This document shows positions 17,319 through 26,006 of a stretch of DNA of 64,000 nucleotides, piece by piece. A program made the position numbers and the translations under genes. How positions within the stretch are numbered: the stretch's first letter is position 1; every line of letters begins with the position of its first letter. The DNA is from Ignavibacteriota bacterium (GTDB taxonomy: Bacteria; Bacteroidota; Ignavibacteria; Ignavibacteriales; Melioribacteraceae): NCBI GenBank assembly GCA_013112585.1, contig JABFGH010000016.1, positions 5,330 through 69,329 of the forward strand, in the 5' to 3' direction. The notes under the pieces were generated by a model. The model was given only the letters and a program-made list of their open reading frames with translations. It was not told the DNA's origin and ran no database searches.

Positions 17319-18887
17319 ATGTTCAGTAGCACTTATGATACAATAATTATAGGTTCTGGCGCCGGGGGATTGACTGCAGCGGTTGCACTTGCACAAGCAG
17401 GTCAGAACGTTTTGGTATGTGAACAACACGAAGTACCTGGAGGATGGACTCATTCTTTTACCTTAGAAGGTTACAGATTCAATACAGGAGTTCATTATAT
17501 CGGTGAACTTGGAGAAGGAGAAAGATTACGTAAAATTTATGAAGGACTAGGTGTTTCAAATGATCTAACCTTTCTTGAACTAAACCCTGATGCATACGAC
17601 CATATTCTCATTGGGGACTACCAATTTGATATTCCTAAGGGCAAAGAAGCCTTCATTCATCGGTTAAAAGAACGGTTCCCGGATGAAGCAAAAGGGATTG
17701 ACTTATTATTTGAACAACTAGCCAACATCTATTCGCAATTACTAAATGTTATAGATGAAAAATGGTTCTCTTTGCTAAGATGTCCAACGGCACTTCCGTG
17801 GTTTACGAAATCCGGGGGTGACTTAATTAAGCACTATGTAAAAAATCCACTTTTGAGAGCAATTTTATTGGGGCAATGTGGAGCACATGGCTTGCCGCCC
17901 TCACAAGTATCTGCGGCAATTCATGCTGCAATCATACAACATTATATAGAGGGAGCGTATCATCCGCTTGGCGGTGGAATGACGATCGCACGAGCTATGT
18001 TGAGAGCACTTAAAAAAGCCAATGGTACTATCCGTTTGAATACCTCAGTTAATGAAATCATTTTAGATAAACAAAGAGCAATCGGAGTAAGGCTAAGTAA
18101 TGGAGAAATCGTCAGAAGCAAGCATGTCATTAGTAATGCTGACCCTTATTTCACATTCAATAAACTTATTGGAAAAACGAATTTAAGTAGAAAGCTAAAA
18201 AGTAAGCTCAAAAAAGTGAGATGGTCGACTTCCTGCTTTAGCTTATATCTTGTTATTGACTGCGATTTAAGGAAAATGGGTTTGGACTCCGGAAATTATT
18301 GGATTTATTCAAATGAAAATATCGAACAATTATATCAACTAGGATTAACAGACTATAATGTACATAACTTACCAGCGGTAATGTTTGTGACTGCCACCTC
18401 ACTTAAGGATCCGAGTAAATCAAAGAGCAATCATCATCAACTGGAGGTGTTTTCTTTTGTTAGTTACGACTTTTTTAAACGTTGGGAAAATCAAGTTTCG
18501 GGACAAAGAGATGCCGAATACATTCAACTCAAAGAAAAGATTAGCAATAATATGATTTCTTCCCTTGACCATCGATTTCCAGGTATAAGCAAATCGATAA
18601 TACTAAAAGAACTAGGCACTCCGCTAACTAATTACCACTATATTAAAGCGCATAGAGGAAATATCTATGGAATAGATAAGAGTATTTGGCAAGCGGGTCC
18701 ATTGGGCTTCCGAAACAGAACCGAATTTAAAGATTTGTACATGTGCGGCTCCAGCACCTTGGCACACGGTATAGCTTATGCTTCATATTCCGGGCTTATT
18801 GCAGCATCAAAGCTATTAAGATGTCGCCCTATGGATCTCTTGAAACAAAATGGTCCTGAACTAGAGATTTTGCAATGTGAAAGATGA
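17319..18887 (+). CDS. FAD/NAD(P)-dependent oxidoreductase, phytoene-desaturase (CrtI)-like; cassette 3
   Basis: 522 aa with an N-terminal dinucleotide-binding motif YDTIIIGSGAGGLTAA..LA.AG..V.V.E. Confidence 0.75.
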   Translation: MFSSTYDTIIIGSGAGGLTAAVALAQAGQNVLVCEQHEVPGGWTHSFTLEGYRFNTGVHYIGELGEGERLRKIYEGLGVSNDLTFLELNPDAYDHILIGDYQFDIPKGKEAFIHRLKERFPDEAKGIDLLFEQLANIYSQLLNVIDEKWFSLLRCPTALPWFTKSGGDLIKHYVKNPLLRAILLGQCGAHGLPPSQVSAAIHAAIIQHYIEGAYHPLGGGMTIARAMLRALKKANGTIRLNTSVNEIILDKQRAIGVRLSNGEIVRSKHVISNADPYFTFNKLIGKTNLSRKLKSKLKKVRWSTSCFSLYLVIDCDLRKMGLDSGNYWIYSNENIEQLYQLGLTDYNVHNLPAVMFVTATSLKDPSKSKSNHHQLEVFSFVSYDFFKRWENQVSGQRDAEYIQLKEKISNNMISSLDHRFPGISKSIILKELGTPLTNYHYIKAHRGNIYGIDKSIWQAGPLGFRNRTEFKDLYMCGSSTLAHGIAYASYSGLIAASKLLRCRPMDLLKQNGPELEILQCER

Positions 18888-19044
18888 AACAACAATCAAT
18901 TCAACCATTATTGCTGATGAAAATATATTTTGAAGAATATAGAAATTCGATAGGTGTGATATTTACATACATAATATATCGAATAAGTTATTAGTTGTTT
19001 ATATGAAAAAGAATTCAATTGACTGATGAGATATAATATTTACA

Positions 19045-19075
19045 GCACACAACAATGTATAAGCGGCATTAAGAG
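19045..19075 (+). repeat. attC-like left arm only (truncated at the junction with the intI fragment)
   Basis: GCACACAACAATGTATAAGCGGCATT matches the left arms of sites 1 and 7. No matching right arm appears before the inverted recombinase fragment starts. Confidence 0.45.
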
Positions 19076-19079
19076 GACC

Positions 19080-19493
19080 GCTTAAACGTAACCCGCCGGA
19101 ATAGATAAGCATTAAATTAGTTTTGTGTTTTAAGTCTTTAGTTACATCTAAAATTTTGTTTATATCTTTTACAGATAATACTGTTGGCAGGTGTGTTGGT
19201 TTTCTTAGTTTTATCTCTAAAGCTTTTGGAACCGGTTTGTAAAATACTTTTAAATACAAAAAACTAATGGCAGCGATTACTTGCTTCATTGTTGAGAAGG
19301 CATATTTTCTATGCTCTTCGCAATAAAATAAATAATTTTGTATATCGTTATCGGTTACTTTTTTTGCTTTTGAATTTTCAATCCAATCTAAAAACAACTT
19401 TAATGCTGATAAATAATTTTTGATTGTCTGATTGGAGTAGTTTTCAATACTTAATTGCTTATTGAACTTATCTATAATATCTTGTCTTTTCGT
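19080..19493 (-). pseudogene. tyrosine recombinase (integron-integrase-like) N-terminal fragment, copy 2; start codon mutated and C-terminal catalytic domain missing
   Basis: SAM-like N-domain: ENYSNQTIKNYLSALKLFLDW......VTDNDIQNYLFY......AFSTMKQVIAAISFLYLKV......LRKPTHLPTVLSVKDINKIL......HKTNLMLIYSGGLRLS. Homology then stops. The position aligned to the ATG of copy 1 is ACG here. Confidence 0.6.
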
Positions 19494-19496
19494 ATA

Positions 19497-19578
19497 AAAT
19501 ATTTTAGATTGCTTGATATGAACAACTAAATATAACGTATAATCCTGCTATATACATTGTGTGTATTGGGATGTTGTA
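19497..19578 (+). repeat. attI-like / attC-like segment, copy 2
   Basis: AAAATATTTTAGATTGCTTGATATGAACAACTAAATATAACGTATAATCCTGCTATATACATTGTGTGTATTGGGATGTTGTAG. Confidence 0.5.
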
Positions 19579-19597
19579 GTTCATTAAATAAAATGTT

Positions 19598-20461
19598 ATG
19601 AAAAAACAACTTAGCACTGCATTAATTATTATGGTAGGTATTTTCATTTCACAGAATGCTTACTGTCAAATTGAAACGGAAAAGATAGAATTCATCAGTG
19701 AGGGTAATCGATTGAATGCTGAATTATTCTTTCCCTTATTGGATACGGTAAGTCCTGCAATAGTTTTAATGCATGGATATCCTGGTGGAGAAGGGGATCC
19801 CTTAGGTCTTGCAAAGAAACTAAGTGCTCTGGGAATAATTGCCTTTGTCTTTAATTATCAAGGAACATGGAGTAGTGAAGGAGATTTTAATTTTGAAAAT
19901 TCTATGATTGATGCGCGAAATGCCGTCAGGCTGTTGAAACAAAAAAATATCGCAGAAAAATTCAAAATTGACACAAGCAACATCGTAATTGGAGGGTATA
20001 GTTTTGGAGGTGCGATGGCTTTAGCTGGAGCAATCTACTATTCAGAAATCCAAAGAATTATTGCAATAGGCGGCCCAAATGAAGCAGTTTATGCTAGAAA
20101 AATGCTTGCCAACAAGAGTGTTTATAATATGTTTCTTAATATGTTTAAGAGTTTCGAATACCCTGATGGGCCTATAAAAGTTAATTCTGAATTATGGATA
20201 AATAACTTCTTAAATGATTATCAAAAACTTGATTTGATATTACATTCGGATTCATTAAAGAATAAGGATATACTCTTAATTGGGGGTTGGGATGATCAAA
20301 ATGTTTTACTCGAAGAACATCAAATTCCTTTATATAGAAAGCTTAATGCCATTGGTGCTTCAAGGATAAAATTATTAGCATTCAAGACAGATCACTCTTT
20401 TAATGGAGTAAAGAATAATATGGCCCAAGAAATATATGACTGGATTTTCGAAAAGAATTAA
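19598..20461 (+). CDS. secreted alpha/beta hydrolase; cassette 4
   Basis: 287 aa with a signal peptide, GYSFGG nucleophile elbow (G.S.G), and late D and H residues. Confidence 0.75.
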   Translation: MKKQLSTALIIMVGIFISQNAYCQIETEKIEFISEGNRLNAELFFPLLDTVSPAIVLMHGYPGGEGDPLGLAKKLSALGIIAFVFNYQGTWSSEGDFNFENSMIDARNAVRLLKQKNIAEKFKIDTSNIVIGGYSFGGAMALAGAIYYSEIQRIIAIGGPNEAVYARKMLANKSVYNMFLNMFKSFEYPDGPIKVNSELWINNFLNDYQKLDLILHSDSLKNKDILLIGGWDDQNVLLEEHQIPLYRKLNAIGASRIKLLAFKTDHSFNGVKNNMAQEIYDWIFEKN

Positions 20462-20465
20462 CGAA

Positions 20466-20597
20466 CTACAACATTTTGTATAAGTAATGGCACTGAGAGT
20501 GCTATGTATCAAAGTTTTTAGCCTGCTCAAAGTGAGTAGTAGTTTGACAGGAAAGTGCCACGTAATCTGCCACTACTCATACAATTTACCGTTAACC
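20466..20597 (+). repeat. attC-like site 4
   Basis: CTACAAC-ATTTTGTATAAGTAATGGCA ... TGCCACTACTCATACAATTTACC-GTTAACC. Confidence 0.6.
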
Positions 20598-20620
20598 TTC
20601 ATTAGAAGGAAGAAAAACCA

Positions 20621-21388
20621 ATGATAAAATTCTTTAGAAAAATTAGACAAAGACTTCTCTCTGAAAATAAATTCAGTAAGTATATTCTATATGCCGTTGG
20701 CGAAATTATTCTGGTCGTTTTCGGAATTTTGATTGCCCTTCAGATAAATAATTGGAATGAATATCAAAAAATGCAAAAAGAAGAGAAAGCAATTTTATTC
20801 AATCTAAAAAACGAGTTCGATAGTAATCTTCCAAGGCTAAGAGAGAATATATTAACCCATGAGCTAGTTCAAAAAGCTTGTGTTGAAATTTTAGCAAGGA
20901 TGGGGCCAAATCCCAAGATACTACAGAACAGTTGCATTGACAGTTTATTGGCAATTTCTTATGTATCACCACGTTTTAAGTATAATAATGGTGCATTAAA
21001 ATCAGTAATTAACTCAGGTAAATTAGCGATTATACGAAATAAATCCATTCGCCATAAAATAGCCGAGTTTCCTGGAATAATAGAGAGTGGCATCATAACT
21101 GAAACTTCATTGAGAGAAATATCATGGAGTAAATATGCTCCTTTATTAGAGCAGAATACTCTAACATCAAAAGCACTTGAGGCGGTTGGCTTGTTTAAAG
21201 GAATGTTGCCAAAAATTAAGGAAACTGAATTCAGTTACAATCAACAAGAGCTTCTTTCAAATGCTAATTTCGAAAACCACTTGGTAAATAGAGTGCTTAT
21301 TACTCAAGTTGTAATTAATGAATTAAATTGGCTAGAAACTGAAATTAAAAACGCCATTGAAGATATTAATCGAGAATTAGAAAAATAA
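20621..21388 (+). CDS. paralog of 16310-17077 (MIKFFRKIRQ family, recalled as DUF6090); cassette 5
   Basis: 255 aa. The first ~47 aa are nearly identical to the paralog and the remainder is diverged. Confidence 0.65.
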   Translation: MIKFFRKIRQRLLSENKFSKYILYAVGEIILVVFGILIALQINNWNEYQKMQKEEKAILFNLKNEFDSNLPRLRENILTHELVQKACVEILARMGPNPKILQNSCIDSLLAISYVSPRFKYNNGALKSVINSGKLAIIRNKSIRHKIAEFPGIIESGIITETSLREISWSKYAPLLEQNTLTSKALEAVGLFKGMLPKIKETEFSYNQQELLSNANFENHLVNRVLITQVVINELNWLETEIKNAIEDINRELEK

Positions 21389-21393
21389 CGAAA

Positions 21394-21577
21394 GCACAAC
21401 ATTGCATAAAAGCAATAACGGCTGAATTTCCTGCTCGGAAATTCAAACCCTTTTAGTAAATTGGTCAATAATCGGAATAGTTAGTATATGCAGTTTCTCC
21501 ATCTGACTTGTACGCTCAAGCGTACACCAGGTAGTCGCTGACATCCGTTACTGACTTTTATACAAACTCGTTATGTG
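21394..21577 (+). repeat. attC-like site 5
   Basis: GCACAAC-ATTGCATAAAAGCAATAACGG ... CCGTTACTGACTTTTATACAAACTC-GTTATGTG. Confidence 0.55.
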
Positions 21578-21684
21578 TAATTAGCGAAACCCATCTAAAT
21601 TCAAAATATTAAAAAATTTATTTGCATAATATGTTATATATTTCTCTCTTTATGTTAGATATATTTAACTAAAGAGGTGTTTTT

Positions 21685-22098
21685 ATGAAAAAGACAAGAA
21701 CAATACTGTATCTGCTAATCGGCTTGACAGTAACATTTGTTGTGGGAATTACAATGTATTCTACTGTGGCTGAAATAAAACCAATTGAGTATTTGATTTA
21801 TGGTATAGTTGGACTATTAGTAATATTCAGTATACTACGAGTTTTTAAAAATCTGAAAGATGAGAACAAAGGATTGACTACTGAAGATGAATTGAGCAAA
21901 AAAATAAAATTGAAAGCTGGTGCAAATGCATTTATGGCTTCATTTTATTTATGGACTATGATTTTGTTATTTACTATGGATAGTAGTTTTAGTAATGAGA
22001 TTATTCTTGGAATTGGCATTTTTGGTATGGGAGTTCTGTTTGTTGGATTTTGGGTTTATCATAATAACAAAGGAATTAATGATGGAAACCAGAATTAA
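21685..22098 (+). CDS. four-TM membrane protein (DUF2178-like partner of small HTH regulators); cassette 6
   Basis: 137 aa, hydrophobic. It overlaps the downstream HTH gene by 17 nt. Confidence 0.55.
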   Translation: MKKTRTILYLLIGLTVTFVVGITMYSTVAEIKPIEYLIYGIVGLLVIFSILRVFKNLKDENKGLTTEDELSKKIKLKAGANAFMASFYLWTMILLFTMDSSFSNEIILGIGIFGMGVLFVGFWVYHNNKGINDGNQN

Positions 22099-22276
22099 GG
22101 AATTAAGAGCGAAACATAATTTCACTCAACAAGACCTTGCAACTAAAGTGAATGTGAGACGTGAAACAATAGGATTTCTTGAAAAAGGAAAATATAATCC
22201 ATCGTTAAAGTTAGCTTATGATATTTCAAAAATATTTAATCTAAAAATTGAAGAAGTGTTTATTTTCGATGAATAA
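22082..22276 (+). CDS. XRE/Cro-type helix-turn-helix transcriptional regulator (64 aa)
   Basis: [64 protein letters not shown] is the classic short Cro/C1 HTH. The internal ATG at 22082 is chosen over the 21995 ORF start. Confidence 0.8.
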   Translation: METRIKELRAKHNFTQQDLATKVNVRRETIGFLEKGKYNPSLKLAYDISKIFNLKIEEVFIFDE

Positions 22277-22287
22277 TAGAATTTATT

Positions 22288-22458
22288 ATGAAGAATATAA
22301 ATTCAACTCGTTATATAATCGGTATTATTATCGGACTTGGACTTGGTTTAATTTTAGGAATTATCCTTGATAAAATTGGTTTAGTAATTGTAATAGGACT
22401 TCCACTTGGTGCTGGTCTTGGATTTATTTTAACAATGAGAAATGATGAAAAGTTATAG
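22288..22458 (+). CDS. small Gly-rich two-TM membrane peptide (56 aa)
   Basis: MKNINSTRYIIGIIIGLGLGLILGIILDKIGLVIVIGLPLGAGLGFILTMRNDEKL. It is not in the ORF track because it is under 60 aa. It is co-oriented and tightly spaced after the HTH gene. Confidence 0.45.
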   Translation: MKNINSTRYIIGIIIGLGLGLILGIILDKIGLVIVIGLPLGAGLGFILTMRNDEKL

Positions 22459-22627
22459 GAACTACAAGCAATTATTTTATATAGGGTTAATTCTTGAAAT
22501 ATCAGGTTCCTTGCTATTGACAATATTTAAAGAAAATAATAACTCAAGTGGAGTTGTTTTTATTGCCGTTGGCAGTAAATTTTTTATAATAAATTTGAAG
22601 AATATAAATATCTGGAATAAGCAATAA
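22442..22627 (+). CDS. small membrane protein (61 aa), hypothetical
   Basis: It overlaps the previous ORF end (ATGATGA) and has a hydrophobic core. Confidence 0.35.
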   Translation: MMKSYRNYKQLFYIGLILEISGSLLLTIFKENNNSSGVVFIAVGSKFFIINLKNINIWNKQ

Positions 22628-22794
22628 AAGTCCATAACAAAGTGTATAAATCATTGGTCAATAATCAATTAAGTCAAAGTTAGTATCTATAAATAAAATG
22701 AATAGTAAGCTGAAAATGAAGTGATCTAAGTGCCCAACGCTTCTTACACAAACCATAATACTGCAAGCAGATTTAGCACAAACAGAAAACTACA

Positions 22795-23370
22795 ATGATA
22801 GAAAAAGCATATTTAGGACTAATACTGATTTTTTTCATTCTTGCGTTTGCAGTTAGGAATATTAAAACCTATCTATCGACAAAGAAATCAATTAGAGGAA
22901 AGTCATTAAAATTGACAATCTCGGTTATTATTTCTACAATAATTTATTGTTTGATTATTTTACGATTAACAATACTTAAACCTAAATTTATTTTTGAAAT
23001 TGACTTGCCTAAATTTATTAATACAATAGGCTTATTAATTGTTTTCCTCGGATTCGTTATAGGAATACTTGCTTTAATTGCCATGAAAGACTCTTGGAGA
23101 GTTGGGATTAAATATGACCAAAAGACTGACTTGATAACCACGGGTATTTATAGTATTAGTCGTAATCCATACTTTTTATCATATAACATATTAATATTTG
23201 GCTACATTTTGATTTTTACTTCACCAATATTAATCGTTCTATACATTATACTTGTGGTCGTATTTCATAGAATGATTTTGGAAGAGGAAAAATATTTACA
23301 GTCAATCCAAGGTGCCCAATATGAGGAGTATAAAAGTAAAGTAAATAGATATTTTACGATTAAGCAATAA
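22795..23370 (+). CDS. isoprenylcysteine carboxyl methyltransferase (ICMT)/phospholipid methyltransferase-family membrane protein; cassette 7
   Basis: 191 aa, multi-TM. TTGIYSISRNPYFLSY...EE.YL....G..Y..Y is the ICMT-family C-terminal signature. Confidence 0.7.
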   Translation: MIEKAYLGLILIFFILAFAVRNIKTYLSTKKSIRGKSLKLTISVIISTIIYCLIILRLTILKPKFIFEIDLPKFINTIGLLIVFLGFVIGILALIAMKDSWRVGIKYDQKTDLITTGIYSISRNPYFLSYNILIFGYILIFTSPILIVLYIILVVVFHRMILEEEKYLQSIQGAQYEEYKSKVNRYFTIKQ

Positions 23371-23379
23371 GACACGAAA

Positions 23380-23497
23380 GCACAACAATGCATAATAATA
23401 ATAGCCGTAAGAGTAGTAAATTCAAGGAGTGTAGTCCGTTTAACTTTATTCTGTTTTACAACGCCATCGGCTACTATTCCTATACTAACCGTAAGCA
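23380..23497 (+). repeat. attC-like site 7
   Basis: GCACAAC-AATGCATAATAATAATAGCCG ... CGGCTACTATTCCTATACTAACC-GTAAGCA. Its central part is homologous to site 1. Confidence 0.55.
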
Positions 23498-23529
23498 AAC
23501 ATTAAAAATAAAACTGAAAGAGAAAATTT

Positions 23530-24033
23530 ATGAGTAGAGGTTTTGTAAAAGAAGGAGATCAAGAGGAGACTCCTTTAGTAACACCAAGAGCACATCTTCC
23601 TGCCGGCGTTCTCAATTATGTCACTCCCAATGGTCTAAAAGAATTGGAGCATGAGCGGAATTTGTTAGTTGAAGAACGGAAAACATTAATAGAGCAGGAT
23701 AGCGAGAATAATCGTGTTCAGATAAATTACATCACAGCCAAGTTGGGCTTGCTTGAGGAACGAATAAGCTCAGCTAAATTAGTTGAATTATCAAACCAGC
23801 CTCAAAATAAAGTTTACTTCGGGGCAACAATAACACTCTACAAAACAAAGGAAGATTGCGAAAGTCAATATCAGATTGTAGGTGTAGATGAAGCAGATGT
23901 TTCCAAAAATAAAGTCTCGTTTTTATCCCCTATTGCCAAAGCTTTAATAAATAAAAAAGTAGGTGATGAAATTATACTTCAAACACCTAAAGGTAAAAGA
24001 TTTATGAAAATAGAAGCTATTGATTATAAATAA
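23530..24033 (+). CDS. GreA/GreB-family transcription elongation factor-like protein; cassette 8
   Basis: 167 aa. N-terminal coiled coil (T..G...L..E...L) plus a C-terminal Gre domain (V.FG..V....ED......Y.IVG..EAD.....VS..SPIA.AL..K.VGD). Confidence 0.7.
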   Translation: MSRGFVKEGDQEETPLVTPRAHLPAGVLNYVTPNGLKELEHERNLLVEERKTLIEQDSENNRVQINYITAKLGLLEERISSAKLVELSNQPQNKVYFGATITLYKTKEDCESQYQIVGVDEADVSKNKVSFLSPIAKALINKKVGDEIILQTPKGKRFMKIEAIDYK

Positions 24034-24206
24034 TTAACATGTTATATAATGAATGGTAATATTATTGACAGAACTAAATTAGAAAATTCCAGCCGAAGTA
24101 CCGGCAGGGAAATTGCGATATAAAAGTGTGTAACCCGCTCCAACTTCATTACGGTTTGAAAGGATACTGCCGTGCTTCGGCTGTTATTCTTTTACAAACG
24201 TTAGGA
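24032..24206 (+). repeat. attC-like site 8
   Basis: AATTAAC-ATGTTATATAATGAATGG ... CGGCTGTTATTCTTTTACAAAC-GTTAGGA, which is close to the canonical GTTRRRY right core. Confidence 0.55.
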
Positions 24207-24234
24207 AACATTTAATCACGTACTAAGGACAACC

Positions 24235-24651
24235 ATGAATCCAATAATCAAAAATATATTAGCTGTTATAGCCGGTTGGTTAGGCGGCAGTGCAATTAAC
24301 ATGGGTCTCATCCAAATTGGCAATATGTTATTTCCCATCGAGGGTATAGATACCAATGACATGGAAGCATTGGCGAATATAATGCCAACTTTGAGCTTCG
24401 AATATTTTATTTTTCCTTTTTTGGCTCACGCATTAGGTGCTTTGGTTGGTGCCGCCATTGCCGGTTGGATAGCCGCAAGTCATAAAATGAAATTTTCACT
24501 GGGAGTTGGTGGTTTATTCCTATTGGGCGGAATAATGGTCAATTACATGCTGCCCGGACCAACATGGTTTGCAGTCGTGGACATTGTTTTCGCTTATATA
24601 CCAATGGCGTGGATTGGTGGAAAAATAGCTGAAAAGGTGTCTAGCAAATAA
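24235..24651 (+). CDS. four-TM membrane protein, unknown function; cassette 9 (last)
   Basis: 138 aa, Gly/Ala-rich hydrophobic segments. Confidence 0.55.
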   Translation: MNPIIKNILAVIAGWLGGSAINMGLIQIGNMLFPIEGIDTNDMEALANIMPTLSFEYFIFPFLAHALGALVGAAIAGWIAASHKMKFSLGVGGLFLLGGIMVNYMLPGPTWFAVVDIVFAYIPMAWIGGKIAEKVSSK

Positions 24652-24653
24652 AT

Positions 24654-24980
24654 TTACTTTCCAACCAACTTAACCCGCCTCTTCTTTTTTCTGCCCGACT
24701 CTGTTTTATTGGATGCCGCAGGTGCAAGCGGACCAACACCATCGGCAGTTAATCTATTTTTGCTGATCTTATATTTTGCTTTTAATTCTTCAACTACCGC
24801 CGCGGCTCTATCTTTTGATAGCTTCATATTGTGAGAATATGTTCCCGTCATATCTGTATGCCCGACAACATAAATATTCAACTCCGAGTTATCTTTCAGC
24901 AGCTTTACAATCTCCTTAAATGTCGGCTCCGATTCCGGTTTGATAGTTGATTTATCAGTATCAAAGTAAATACCGTACAA
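24654..24980 (-). CDS. OmpA-family C-terminal (peptidoglycan-binding) domain only; probably a truncated gene
   Basis: YFDTDKSTIKPES...VVGHTD..G....N..LS..RA..V...L......RL...G.G...P is the OmpA_C motif. There is no N-terminal domain or signal peptide, and the frame opens with TTG. Confidence 0.5.
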   Translation of the reverse strand: MYGIYFDTDKSTIKPESEPTFKEIVKLLKDNSELNIYVVGHTDMTGTYSHNMKLSKDRAAAVVEELKAKYKISKNRLTADGVGPLAPAASNKTESGRKKKRRVKLVGK

Positions 24981-25069
24981 GGCAATTTTAATTCAACCCC
25001 GCTAGAGTTGAACTGCTAGTAATCCAAACATAAGCCTTTCTTTTGCTGCATGGTCTCGAACTTCGCAAA

Positions 25070-25975
25070 TTATTTTAAAAGTATCATCTTACGTGTTTGA
25101 GAAAAATCACTTGCAGTTAATCGATAAATATAAGTTCCCGAAGGCAGTCCGGCTGAATTCCAATCGGCATTATATTGCCCAGGGGATAGAAACTCATTCA
25201 CGAGCACCGCAGTTTTTTCACCAAGCATATTGTAAATTTCCAATTTCACATGTCCCTCTTCGGCAATTGAAAAACTAATATTTGTAGCCGGGTTAAACGG
25301 ATTAGGATAGTTCTGTTCAAGAGAAAATTCCGATACAACAATATCATCTTCTTTTGTAATTCCTGTAGTGCCGGTAAAAGTTAGATCATCCAAAAGCATG
25401 TATGTTCCATATGCAGCGGGAATGTCATCGTCTTCCAGTTCCCCAATTTGTATTTGCAGTTGTGCTTTTACCGCATTACCATTGCCGCCAACTGAGTAAT
25501 CTATTGGAATTGTAAAACTCTGCCAGGTAGATACTGTTTCAGAAAGCAGCCAGGTTTCAGTTTGAGCAACTGTTATACCTTGTGCATCAATTAAAGTAAT
25601 AACAAAATGAGGACCTAACAGTAACCCCGGTGTTGAAGGGTGGAATTGATAATACCCTTGCAGCCCTCCATAATTTTGACTTATAGGAAAGGATGGATTT
25701 AAAACATCTCCGGGATATAAATATGGTATAGCAGGAACCGGTGGAGCAGGAGGAAACGTAACTTCAATTAACTCAGCTCTTAAGGATGAGTTTCCCGAAT
25801 GAGCAACGGCAGATTGTGTAACGTTTGTATAAAGCTGTGAGTTTACTATATACCAGCCATCAAGGCTGCTGCCGGTCCAGTTCTCAAAACTCGCATTTGG
25901 TATCTCTTGGGCAATTATTGTGATCGGCAATATTATACTTAACGCTATAAAACATGTCATTTTTTTTATATTCAT
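25070..25975 (-). CDS. secreted protein with T9SS C-terminal sorting domain
   Basis: Signal peptide. N-terminal IPNASFENW motif. C-terminus LEQNYPNPFNPATNISFSI..EGHVKLEIYNMLGEK...L......G.Y...W......PSGTYIYRL. Confidence 0.75.
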   Translation of the reverse strand: MNIKKMTCFIALSIILPITIIAQEIPNASFENWTGSSLDGWYIVNSQLYTNVTQSAVAHSGNSSLRAELIEVTFPPAPPVPAIPYLYPGDVLNPSFPISQNYGGLQGYYQFHPSTPGLLLGPHFVITLIDAQGITVAQTETWLLSETVSTWQSFTIPIDYSVGGNGNAVKAQLQIQIGELEDDDIPAAYGTYMLLDDLTFTGTTGITKEDDIVVSEFSLEQNYPNPFNPATNISFSIAEEGHVKLEIYNMLGEKTAVLVNEFLSPGQYNADWNSAGLPSGTYIYRLTASDFSQTRKMILLK

Positions 25976-26006
25976 ATCTAAGTCCTATATTTTAATATTC
26001 AATAAA

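Larger units (their letters stand above)
15157..24651 (+). mobile_element. integron-like platform: decayed intI remnants + attI-like segment + array of 9 cassettes with attC-like sites
   Basis: See the individual attC-like repeats, the intI fragments on the opposite strand, and the co-oriented, functionally unrelated short genes. Confidence 0.65.

Noticed and set aside
21995-22081. Longer start (21995) for the HTH regulator ORF
   Set aside because: The first 29 codons overlap the end of the upstream membrane protein gene in another frame and encode hydrophobic junk. Canonical ~64-aa Cro-like proteins start at METRIKELR (22082).
22311-22523. Minus-strand ORF of 70 aa
   Set aside because: It is antisense to the Gly-rich 56-aa membrane peptide ORF, and its Pro/Ile-rich translation mirrors that gene. 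It has no context on the minus strand.
22632-22760. Complete attC site after the HTH/membrane cassette
   Set aside because: Only the left arm (CCATAACAAAGTGTATAAA) is recognisable. I could not find a complementary right arm ending in GTT, so it is reported only as a degenerate site inside a finding.
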